Shown here: positions 1 through 10,499 of the stretch, in pieces
Layout of the letters: each line of letters starts with the position of its first letter
Position numbering within the stretch: position 1 is the first letter of the stretch
Source of the DNA: Saccostrea cucullata
Taxonomy: Eukaryota
Direction of reading: 5' to 3'
Assembly: GCF_032062105.1 (NCBI RefSeq)
Contig: NW_026930557.1
Coordinates: 62,001-126,000 of the forward strand
DNA length: 64,000 nucleotides
Position numbers and translations under genes: made by a program
The notes under the pieces: generated by a model
Seen by the model: the letters and a program-made list of their open reading frames with translations, nothing else
Databases searched by the model: none
What the model was told of the DNA's origin: nothing

Positions 1-34
1 TTAACCGAGTTTTCGGTTAACCGTGACAGCCCTA
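1..34. mobile_element. Terminal inverted repeat end of a MITE in a DNAH1 intron
   Basis: TTAACCGAGTTTTCGGTTAACCGTGACAGCCCTA is a palindromic subterminal stretch ending in CAGCCCTA, typical of a TIR end. Only one end is visible. Confidence 0.4.
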
Positions 35-69
35 ATTTGTTGACTTGTGCTGTGTATTTGTTGACTTAC

Positions 70-3000
70 GCTATGTATTTGTTGATGTCCAGGTTCATCA
101 GCTCTAGATGTCTCTCGTACTCCCTGGCGTATGCCTTCATTGGGATCAGGGCCTGGTTAATGGCCTCCTTCTCAACGGGGCTCCCACCGACTCCAAAAGG
201 GGGGTCCCAGACCAGAAAATATCCTCCAATATGTACTACAAGTATAGCAATCTAAACATCTACAAAGACTGAAATACATGTTATGTACTAATGTTCATTT
301 GTCAAAATACATTGAATTCAGGAATACTGACTTGAACCATTAACACAATCACTCTACAGGATTCCCCAAGTTTTAAAATTACTAATTCACAGAGCTACAA
401 ATTCACCTCTTGTATTAAGATATCTCTATTAATCTTCCTTAAAACAACCCGTCCCTGAGCTGTGATCTTACCTTCTCCAGCTGGGGTACGTTCTGGGTGG
501 AGCCGATAGCCTTATCAAACAGCCCCACTAACATGGTCTCAAAACTGTTAAGGTTCGTGCTGTAGTGGGCCCCCTGATTGTCAAGCATCAGGTCCACCAG
601 GAACAGGGCGTTCCTCTTGGGTCTGAAGAAAAAGGTACAAGTTTATAAACTTCCTTAATATGTAAGACATAAATAATTGATCAAAGAGATTAAATGTCAA
701 CGCAATCCAAAGAACCAAAACATGCATCCATTTTCTGAATTTTGCAGAAGTGAAAACCTCAGAAAATTTTAAGTCACTAATTTGTTCATGCTAACTTACT
801 GTGGAACTTACTGTTTTTGATACTACCAATAAGATATGTCTTACCAGTACTATCATTTATTCGGCCTATATGAGCGGGTTCTACTACAGACATTACTTAC
901 TTATAGGTACTGTTTATGAGATCGTCTCCCCACTTAAAGTCCTCCTGAAGCTTCAGTGTAGAGTGGCTAGCGTCCAGGATCATCTGAGTGAAGTTGACGA
1001 GAGAGTCCTGAATCAGGTAGCGCATAGAATCCTGGCAAAGAAAATCATTCATTAGAATCTATATTCCAGCTAGGTGGACTTGAGTAAAATTTCAATTTCT
1101 TTCCAAAGAAGTTTACCAGAAAGAACCAGATAAACTACTGTAGTGTGTAATACAAAGCGTTATTTACCTGCATGATGAATTTGACCATTTCCATGAGCTT
1201 TTTGAGTTTGGAAATCTCATACACCTGGAAATTTTTCTCGTGGATGTTGAACCAGCCCTTGCCAACGTCTCGGAGGGAGGTCCTGATAGCGTTCCTCAGC
1301 GTGCTGATCCAGCTGTCCTTCAGGAACAGTGAAACCTGCAACAAAACTACAGCTTGTATTTACTATAAATTGTTGGTCAATAATTATACTTTGTACAAAA
1401 AAATAATTTTATGATTCACATTTTCATCCATATTTTTAAAAAATCTTCATGAGAGAGTCTACCTCTTCATCTTCTTAAAATTCATTATTTAAAATATAAG
1501 AGAAATACCATTCACTAAACAAGTTTAATGCTCTTAATTTTACTGTAATGAGTGGTTCCTGAACGCAGTATTTTATGGTTCTTTATAACTGTACCTGTGA
1601 GGTGGCCTGTGCCTGTAAACTGTTTTTTTATGATAATGTTTTTATTACTGTACCTGTGAAGTAGCCTGAGCCTGGGTCTGCTCAAACTCCTCCAACCTCA
1701 TGGGTTTGGTGGTGGGGATGTGGAACAGTGACATGACCACCACCTTGTTACACTCCGTCCTGACCATCCCAATCGCCGAGATACTCTCCTCGCGGGTCAA
1801 CAGCGAGTTAAACGTGAAGTCGTCGTACTGACTGTCAAACGGGTACTCAGGGATGTCAACGATACAACCTGTCAAAGGAAGGAATCATTATAATACATAG
1901 AATTCCAATAAAAAAATTGTCAATATTTTAATCAAATTCTTAAAGAGCACTTAAAAAGAGTGAGGATGATAATACAGTGTGTAAGGCAGTGTAATTCCTC
2001 AGAATAACGAGTTACCTACCCTTCTCAGCGACCACATTCTCTGGTTCTCCTGGTTGTGTAACGAATCCGAATGTAAACGGATCAGACTCCACCGTCTTGT
2101 CAAAAATAATCCTGTTCATGGAGCGACAAAAATCAATGTTGACCTCCTTCTCCAGAACCTGAAGGTAATCGTCCAGTCTGCAACAAAAACAACAACAATA
2201 TAACATCATTCTGTAAGCTTCGTTACTCTTAATACAGGTATAAATACACCTGGCTGGTTTATAATAAGGATAACTGGCAGTTACTTACTGTTTATCTGCC
2301 TTGAGGCCCCGGACATCCCTGGAGGCCTCTATCATCCTTTTCAGCGAGGCCTGGTCAAGTTCACCCACTCCCTCCATTGGCATACAGTCCACATACAGGT
2401 TGTAACGAATCAATGCCTCAGACTCTTTTCTCAATTTGAAGGCATCCACCACTCTCCTGGTGAAAACTCTTGGATCCTCTCCTTTGAACATCAGCCTCAC
2501 TCGAGGAATCCAGTACTGGCCTGGGAGCTCAGGACGGGAACCTTTAATGTTTAGTAATGATTCTTGATTTTTTTGTAATTTTGAAAAATATATTGTAAAT
2601 ACACTGTATATAATTTTTCAGGTAAGTTTACTTTTAATATTTTGTTTGTACATGATGCAAATAAGAAAAAAATTTAAATCATTCAGAATGCTTCAAGAAA
2701 TAGCAATGTTTGGTAAGGAAGATTTAGAATATTGAGTGATGTCCTCACCATCGGGCTGTACTCCTCCATTAATGACGGGCTTCCCTGACCCGTCCACCAC
2801 ACGACCTTGACTGTTGACCTTCTGTACCAGGTAACACTTGTCCTCATCATTGTAGTCCAGAACTCCAACCTCGTACCAGTCGTACACAATCTTAGGGTCG
2901 GTTGGGTCCACTGTCAATAACAGCAAAATCTATCTTATTTCATTCAGTAAAATCAAAGTTTGCATGTCTCAAGAAATTCCAGCCCTAATTTTCACAAGTT

Positions 3001-4687
3001 GACAAAGTCATTTTGTGAAGCTTCTTATACACCGAGATAGTAATGTTATCAAAAAGAGCAATGATGAAGAGAATATGTAGGTGAGACACTCATTAAACCT
3101 CCTGCTGTATGTCAGCCATACTTACACTCTTTGTCCGAGTCCTTGCTGGGCAGCAGAGCTTGCCCGGGGACTGGTTTCCGGTGGCCGTTATCGTGCCCTT
3201 TGTGGATCCACTCCAAGGGTGTCCTGATGTCGTACTCCTCATCATCAAACAGGTAGAGGGGGAGGTAGGGAGGGAAGGGGGCGGGGTCGTTAGGGTCCAC
3301 ATTTAACTTGACAGGAAACTGACTCTCTTTGGGCATTAACTGGTCCGTCCTGATACCCTCGGACTTCAACAGGGACTTCAAGTCCAACGTATCATACAAT
3401 CGTCTCCTCCTACAGAACAAATAGCATTTATAATTTGTTTTTTTAAATTCATGATCAGACTATTGCTACCTTCATATGAAATCGTCTCATACTTCCACAT
3501 AATTTTACAATCTAAATCCACAAGCAGAATCTGACCTCTCGGTTTCTATCTTTCTGGGACACTCTCCTGGCTTTGTATAGTATGGAAGCTGTACTTTGGG
3601 TTCTGATGCTAGAATGGGGAAATCCTGAAGATGTGCGATACAGATGATTAATTATATGTTACAGTATAAAACAAAGCAATTTCTCCTCATAACTTGTGTT
3701 GAAATATTGATAACAGACATAATGAAGAAAGCCTTACTGATATAGCTGTGATTTCTGTGCTGGGACCATAAACATGGCCCTTCAGGGTCTCTAATACATC
3801 TGTCTTCTCCTCAAATGCTGTCACTGTGGAGTAAACATATATGTAGGAGACGAAAAGTTAATTCATTGTTATTTTTCTTTTGCTAGGAATAAAAGAATTA
3901 ATAAAATGCATTGTATAAAATAATGATTTAATCAATGAACTTATTGGAAAAGTTACGTAACTTGCAACAATGTGCATTATGTTTATTGATTAAGTCTAAA
4001 TTTAAACTGTATAATCATTTTGAATGCAAATCAGATTAGACATTTTGTGTTGAACCTTTTGGTGTGTGTTTTTCTTTGGCAACATTCCATAATGTGTCGT
4101 GATCTGTCAGGGGGCCTTCTAAAGCATCCTGGAAAAATTCCAAACAAACATCAGTGTACGACGAGACTCAGATTTTAATGATCAACTTAATTTATGCCAA
4201 TATCATTAAAGTAATTTATCTCAAGTAAATTCAATACAGATTAAAACTATGATATTAAGCACTGATCGAATCATTTAAGTTTTTTTTAAGTATGATCATA
4301 ACTGTACTGATTTGTGCAAACAAATTGATTTTTTTAAAACAAACAATCTTTCAAAATGGCAGTTTTAAAAAGAATTTAACTAGAAATTTTTTATCTTTTG
4401 GGTACTCCTTTAGTCCTTATGTAACTGTATGGGACAGTCATTTCGGTCAGTTTTTTTTTTTTACTTACTGTAACATTTGCCTCTCTGTCCCTATGGTATC
4501 TGAGTATTTTTGTTTTACTTACTGTAACATTTGCCTCTGTCCCTATGATATCAGAGTAGAACCCACGCTGTTTGATCTCGGGGTACTTTTGGCCGTCCGC
4601 TGTGGTCTTACTGGGGGTGTCTACCCGAGTTCTGTTGGCAGAAAAGGGTTTCCCACCGTGGGAACTTCTGCTCATTCTTGACGCCAT
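70..4687 (-). CDS. DNAH1: Dynein axonemal heavy chain 1, N-terminal exons; the gene continues beyond the window start and has an apparent frameshift in exon 235-70
   Basis: GT-AG exons with compatible phases: 4687-4523, 4128-4056, 3823-3738, 3624-3536, 3409-3126, 2910-2749, 2541-2289, 2177-2020, 1868-1654, 1335-1168, 1031-901, 622-472, 235-70. Peptides such as DFPILASEPKVQLP..PRKIETERRRR, YLPLYLFDDEEYDIRTP, QYWIPRVRLMFKGEDPRVF, IRYNLYVDCMP and SLRDVGKGWFNIHE match the DNAH1 N-terminus. A non-coding first exon has a donor at 5396/5395. Confidence 0.9.
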
Positions 4688-5480
4688 GTAAACCTTTACA
4701 AATGTTTAGAATCCACGATGAAGATTTTATTACATTAATGCTATTTTCACGAAAAAGTTCCTTAAAAAAATTAGGGGCCTACTACTTTTCTAGCGCTAGG
4801 CGTATAACATTATCATTCCAAAGAGAATTGAATTCCTAGCAAAAGAAAAATAACAATGAATTAACTTTTCGTCTCCTACATATATGTTTACTCCACAGTG
4901 ACAGCATTTGAGGAGAAGACAGATGTATCGTTCATGATGAAGTTGCCGTTACCAAGCATGATCGACTTATTCCACCACTACGTCGATCACGACATACTCA
5001 CCAAGAAGCCTACCAATTACCATCTTGTAAAAGTGACTTTAGAAAATTCTCGTTCTTCCCTATACCACCAGAGATTGTCATGGCAAAAACACTTGAGACC
5101 TTTAGGTCTCAGGTGACCACCTATATGCCATGAATCATAATTAATATTTTAACCTTTTAACCTTTTAAATTTTTATGATTTTGGAACTCCATGCGCACCA
5201 CACATGCCATAATAATCAACTAGTTGATTGTGGGCAGTACATGGCAGAAGCAGAAGCAGAAGAAAATGACGTTCGGGCACCGATCGCTAGGCCTATATAC
5301 GAGGCGATATATAGAATTTCAATATTTCAAGACTTAAACACATTATTCGACTAAATCTTGATAAGGCATGTTGTTAATCATTAAAAAGCACTTACCTTCA
5401 GTTTACTGATTCATTTGTAGACTGTAAAATTAAAGCAAACGACCCAAAATATTTTCGTAGTTTACATTCAATATGGCGGC

Positions 5481-5494
5481 GTTTCCTTAGCAAT
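5481..5494. promoter_or_regulatory. RFX X-box-like motif at the DNAH1 promoter
   Basis: GTTTCC-TT-AGCAAT is near the X-box consensus GTNRCC-N0-3-RGYAAC. It sits next to a YY1-like ATGGCGGC and about 90 bp upstream of the first donor of a motile-cilia gene. Confidence 0.55.
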
Positions 5495-6948
5495 TAGCAG
5501 AGGAGTTCCGAAGGTACGATACGTTTTCCCGCCAATTTGAAGTTGGCAGTTCTCACAACATATCCGAAAGATTCCTTCGTTTTGTTTTTTCTCAATAATC
5601 TCTCTAATCTAACATCAAGATGTAATCATAGGACAGTAACATTTTTAAAAATATTAAGGCTTGGAACAAGTATTTAGTTTTTTTTAAATTTGACACGTAC
5701 TTTTTTAAAATTAGATCGAATTTCTTTTTGTACTGCTGTCTGGTCTAGACTTTTAATTTTTCCATTAATTTCAAGATTTATGTTGCCGTTTGTATCCTTT
5801 GTTTCGATTTAAATGATATGACTTTTATTTTAAAAATAATATATTTTTGAATAAAATGTATATTTTTCTTGGGTTACGTACTGAAACTCATTGAAAAAAG
5901 TTTGTGTTCCATGAGTACTTTAAATAATATTAATGCTAAAATGTTTTTGTCCCAGAGTTTTCTTCGCTGAAAAAAATTATTATTCTATATATGTCTATTT
6001 GTACCCGAGTCCAATCATTGTGATAAATTTTGCCTGTTCCCTAAATACAATGAAAAAATATGTCCTAGTATAATAATTTAAGCACAGGTGCTTGGGAACG
6101 GCGACCCCTCCCTTTATGTTCCGTACCATAAAGGTTTTTTAATACTTTTTTAACATAAAATATTTTTATATGACACACAATTCACAAAGTATTACGACTG
6201 AAAAATTCAAAATTTAAGCTAAAACTTCCCTTTTTATAAAATTCATAATTCTATATACTCTCTGATACTAGAAAATGTGTAATTCTTTTATAAAGGTAGG
6301 GCAAACTCCAAGGTTAAGAGATCAAATTTGGTGGTACTCAAAGAAAGGTCTTGTCACATTAAGGAATGCACATGTGAAAATTAAATGAAAGCCATGGCCC
6401 CATCCAAGGACAAGCTAGGTTAGACATGCAGATGGATATGGACAGGGCAAAAACGACATGCCCCAGACACTTCGTTAACGAGTGCATAAAAACGTTTGTT
6501 GCATGGTAACATATTGAATTTAGGATGCTTCCAGAGAAGGTCTGCATAAATACATGTACCGGGTAAGTATGTTGTGCAGACAGGACATGTATACAGTTTA
6601 AACCGCAGCAGAAAACTTTGTCCGAAATTTTTTAATTTTGTTGCTTACACATCAAATTATAAAACGTTTGCAAAAAGTAATTGTGCATATGCATAGAATT
6701 TGCACAATCTTGCGTTGTGAGAGTGGCCTATTCAAATCTATTACATGGTTTGCCCTGGTATCTCCGGTTTCGTCTGCTTATACCCGGTCTGTCGCACTTC
6801 ATAGAACACGTTAAAGCAATTTTTATGGTTGACCAGGTCTATGACTTTGTCAATTTTCCTTCTGACAATTAATAAAACCAGTTTTCTGTTAATGCAATTT
6901 TAGATAATATATATATTGACTCCCATCTTTCTTTTGACCTGACAAAAA

Positions 6949-8811
6949 ATGGAAGCTTTCAAGGTGTGGACGATTTTTCTTGCCTGCATATTTTCTGCAT
7001 CGGGAAAGAGTCTTCCGGACTCTGTAAGCAGAGAAGATCGCTTGCTGAAGAGGATAGAGTGTTTACTGGGGAAACGGGAACTCTGTGACCAAGAACAAAA
7101 AGAGACCATTCTCCATCGCAGCAATGCTGAGGAAAACACCATCTACATTAACGGTAAAATATACACGGTAGACGGCGAGGCCTGGAATCAGAATCCCAAG
7201 GCAGCTCTTGTTGTACAGAACAGGAAAGTACAAATGGTGGGAACCACAGGGGAAGCGCTGAAACACTTACACTGCAAAAGTACCGTAATTGACCTGAATG
7301 GAGCGACAGTACTGCCCGGGATACACGACGTCCATATACACCCCCTCGAGGCCGCCTCACGGGTAGGAAACACGTGTAAACTAAAGACAGATACAGACCC
7401 CGAACAAATGAAAGACATTCTGAGAACCTGTGCACCGAGACAAATTGGGACAGAATGGATTCTTGGTGGCGGGCATTCTATCACAAGTATCATAGAACAT
7501 ATAGATAAAGGCGGGAGACCTCCGAGGGAAATCATTGACGAAGTTCTACCTGATGTTCCAGTTATTATGATAGAAGAAACTTCGCATTCCGTGTGGGTAA
7601 ACTCCGAGGCGCTCCGTAGGGCCAAAATAACCAGCGAGACCAAGGAAAGGCCCGGTGGAGTTATCATGAGAGAGGAGGGGACCAACGAGCCGAACGGAAT
7701 TCTCCTGGAGGACGAGGGGACGTCCATCATGGAGTTAGCCATGGAGCCCACGCCTGTACTGGAAGAACTGAATTATGAAGGTTTGATAGAAGGATTGTCA
7801 AATCTGAACGAGAATGGAATCACTTCCGTAAGTGACGCCCGGGTTTACTGGGGCCGGAATCACGACAAGGCGTGGGAGAGGACGTGTAGGGAAGGGAAAC
7901 TGACGGTACGCGCGAATCTGGCACTGTGGGCATACCCACAAAAGGAAGACAGCCTACAGATCCAAACCCTCAAAGACATGCACTCCGACTACAACGAGAA
8001 CTGCTTTCTCCGGAAAAACCAGATTAAAGTTTACATGGACGGCCTCCTGGACAGTACAACGGCTGCTATGGAGGAACCGTACGTGAAAAACCTGCACTTA
8101 CCCGGAGTCCCAGACAACCGAGGCATAAACATCTTCGATCAGAAACGTCTGACAAAATACGCAAAAGAGCTCCAGAAATTTGGGGACGACAAAGGATTTG
8201 ACTTTCTTATCCACGCCATTGGTGACCGTGGGGTTCATCAAGCCATAAATGCATTTGATGACGCATATATTGCAGGAACGCGTCACCGAATTACACATTT
8301 GGAACAAATAAAATATAATGATATCAAACGTTTCAAGAATTTGGATATAATAGCGGATTTTCAAGTCGCTGGGGACTTCACTAAACTTTCAACAAGAGAC
8401 CACATTAGATCTCTTATTGGCAATGCTCGCGCAGTTGATTTTATCCCCCTGCGGAGTGTTTACAATACAAGCGCCACTGTGACCTTGAGCAGCGATTGGG
8501 ACGTAAGCACCATCAACCCGTTCGTAGGGATTCAGAACGCCATCTCTAGAGGTCACCAGTCAGTAAGTGTCAAGGACGCGGTGGAAATGTACACGATTAA
8601 CGCTGCCTTCGCCATGAGGCAGGAAAATATTGTCGGTTCACTGAAAACAGGGAAGGACGCCGACTTCATCGTCATAGACACCGACATCTTGGACCCTGGA
8701 AACGCTGACGTCATCAGCCAGACGAGAGTTTTGAGAACTTTTTTGGCGGGAAAAGAGGTATGGGCAGACGACCAAAGCCCGATTGATGATGTGACCTGCA
8801 GGATTCTGTGA
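6949..8811 (+). CDS. Secreted amidohydrolase-3 family (YtcJ-like) metallo-hydrolase, intronless CDS, 620 aa
   Basis: N-terminal signal peptide (MEAFKVWTIFLACIFSASG). Family motifs: IDLNGATVLPGIHDVHIHP (HxH), HSVWVNSEAL, KVYMDG, IHAIGDRG, RHRITHLE, LSSDW, YTINAAFA, GSLKTGKDADFIVID. Confidence 0.9.
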   Translation: MEAFKVWTIFLACIFSASGKSLPDSVSREDRLLKRIECLLGKRELCDQEQKETILHRSNAEENTIYINGKIYTVDGEAWNQNPKAALVVQNRKVQMVGTTGEALKHLHCKSTVIDLNGATVLPGIHDVHIHPLEAASRVGNTCKLKTDTDPEQMKDILRTCAPRQIGTEWILGGGHSITSIIEHIDKGGRPPREIIDEVLPDVPVIMIEETSHSVWVNSEALRRAKITSETKERPGGVIMREEGTNEPNGILLEDEGTSIMELAMEPTPVLEELNYEGLIEGLSNLNENGITSVSDARVYWGRNHDKAWERTCREGKLTVRANLALWAYPQKEDSLQIQTLKDMHSDYNENCFLRKNQIKVYMDGLLDSTTAAMEEPYVKNLHLPGVPDNRGINIFDQKRLTKYAKELQKFGDDKGFDFLIHAIGDRGVHQAINAFDDAYIAGTRHRITHLEQIKYNDIKRFKNLDIIADFQVAGDFTKLSTRDHIRSLIGNARAVDFIPLRSVYNTSATVTLSSDWDVSTINPFVGIQNAISRGHQSVSVKDAVEMYTINAAFAMRQENIVGSLKTGKDADFIVIDTDILDPGNADVISQTRVLRTFLAGKEVWADDQSPIDDVTCRIL

Positions 8812-8955
8812 CCTTGAGCAGCGATTGGGACGTAAGCACCATCAACCCGTTCGTAGGGAGTGAGGAGGTCACCAGTCAGTAAGTGTCAAGGACGCGGTGG
8901 AAATGTTGAACCCTGGAAACGCTCTACGTCATCAGCCAGACTGAGAACTTTTTTG
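8806..8955 (+). repeat. Mosaic direct duplication of internal amidohydrolase segments
   Basis: 8806-8859 copies 8477-8530; 8865-8906 copies 8549-8590; 8910-8941 approximates 8693-8723; 8942-8955 approximates 8732-8745. Confidence 0.9.
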
Positions 8956-9674
8956 TGAAATTAAATAGTTCCTACGTTTATTATTTTTTTAACAGGTACT
9001 GTTACAAAATGACAGATCCGCAACTTTTTCGTTTATTATTTTTTTAAAGGTAAAATTGAACTTTTTCAAATTAAATTGCCACGATCATATATTTTATGGC
9101 CTTGATGTTACTGATCTGGGAGGTTAGCCTATGTATAGTAGGCCTAGTTTTTACGACCCCAAGACTGCGAGCTTTTATTTGTTATGATCTTAGTTATGCA
9201 TTACATTTTATGGATTCCGCTAAATCTCCGTGACAAATGAATTCTTACTATTTCCATGTATGAAAGATACAAAAAAAAAAATAAATAAAAAGTTTATCTG
9301 GTTGTTGACCCCGCAATGGTTGGAACCATATCGGACCTACACTAATAAACTCGGGAAATACAATACAAGCGCGCATGTTACAACGCACTTTGCAAAATAA
9401 CACATTTAGACAATTTGTTCAAAGTGCGGTAAATTTGTTGCTAAGTTAACGCACTTTGAAATTAATTAAAAAAATTCTTTTCAAAACTTTTGAGTTTTAT
9501 ACCAATTTATCATTTTCTTCTTGTCCTGTGCATTCAACGGACCCATTCAAAACTTGAGCAAGTCTATCACAAGTCGTGCGAGATATAGACGCTGATCTAT
9601 GGGGATACATAATCACACTATCTCTGCTCTATATGAGATGATGTTCCGCTTTGTTGTGCCCTTTTATATTCTGT

Positions 9675-9975
9675 TTTATTATATGATTGAATAATTTCCT
9701 TCTCTCTGATTGGCTGAGATCCAAGGAATTATTGCAGGTCAATATAAGGAATTATTTTTTACGATGTGTTCTTGTTGAAAATTCTTATTGTAGAAGTTTG
9801 CTATCATTTAATCATATAATAAAACAGTTATTGCTGTTTTTTGCGGTCAATACGATGATTTAGCCACCTTCGAAGTACAATATTCACTTCGTCCTTGGGG
9901 CTCAGTGAATATTGTACTCCTCAGGTGTCTATATCATCTTATTGACTTAAAAAAAACAGCAATAATTGTATAATA
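9675..9975. mobile_element. Long-hairpin non-autonomous element (Crypton-like)
   Basis: Imperfect ~145-bp palindrome at 9824-9969, next to a short inverted repeat pair (TTTTATTATATGATT at ~9675 / AATCATATAATAAAA at ~9810). Confidence 0.5.
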
Positions 9976-10269
9976 TATCTAAATTTGTATCAAAAATATT
10001 TTTTTTTTGGTTTTTTCTTGATAATGTTTGTTACATGAATACAGCTGAACCTTAATACCTTTTCCAAGTGCCATCCAGTTTGAGATAATGTAGTTTGACT
10101 GTACCTTTAATACTGAATAGATTTTTTTTCTCTTTTTTCCTGGTCACTGTTAAGCATTCAATGTGCCTAAATAAAAGTTTCTTAACCTCTGTGAAAAAAA
10201 CAGAAGAATAATTGAATATGATTTATTGTAACAATAACAATAGAAAGAGACAACAGTTAACAGAATCTC

Positions 10270-10465
10270 TGATGAGAAGTTTTCATACCATAACACTGAC
10301 TGGATCATTATAATTAGCACTCCTCTTACAGTAGAAAGTTTTCATACCATAACACAGACAAACACTTGTCTGGATCACTATAATTGGCACTCTTACAGTA
10401 AAAAGTTCTTGCATCATTACAGTGACAGACAGACAGACACTTGTCTATCTGGATCACTATAAAGT
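10270..10465. repeat. About three copies of a ~70-bp tandem repeat in the ATXN7L3 3' UTR
   Basis: Recurrent AAGTTTTCATACCATAACAC...TGGATCA(C/T)TATAA units. Confidence 0.6.
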
Positions 10466-10499
10466 AGTCCACAAATCTGGATCACAACCCTCCATCACA

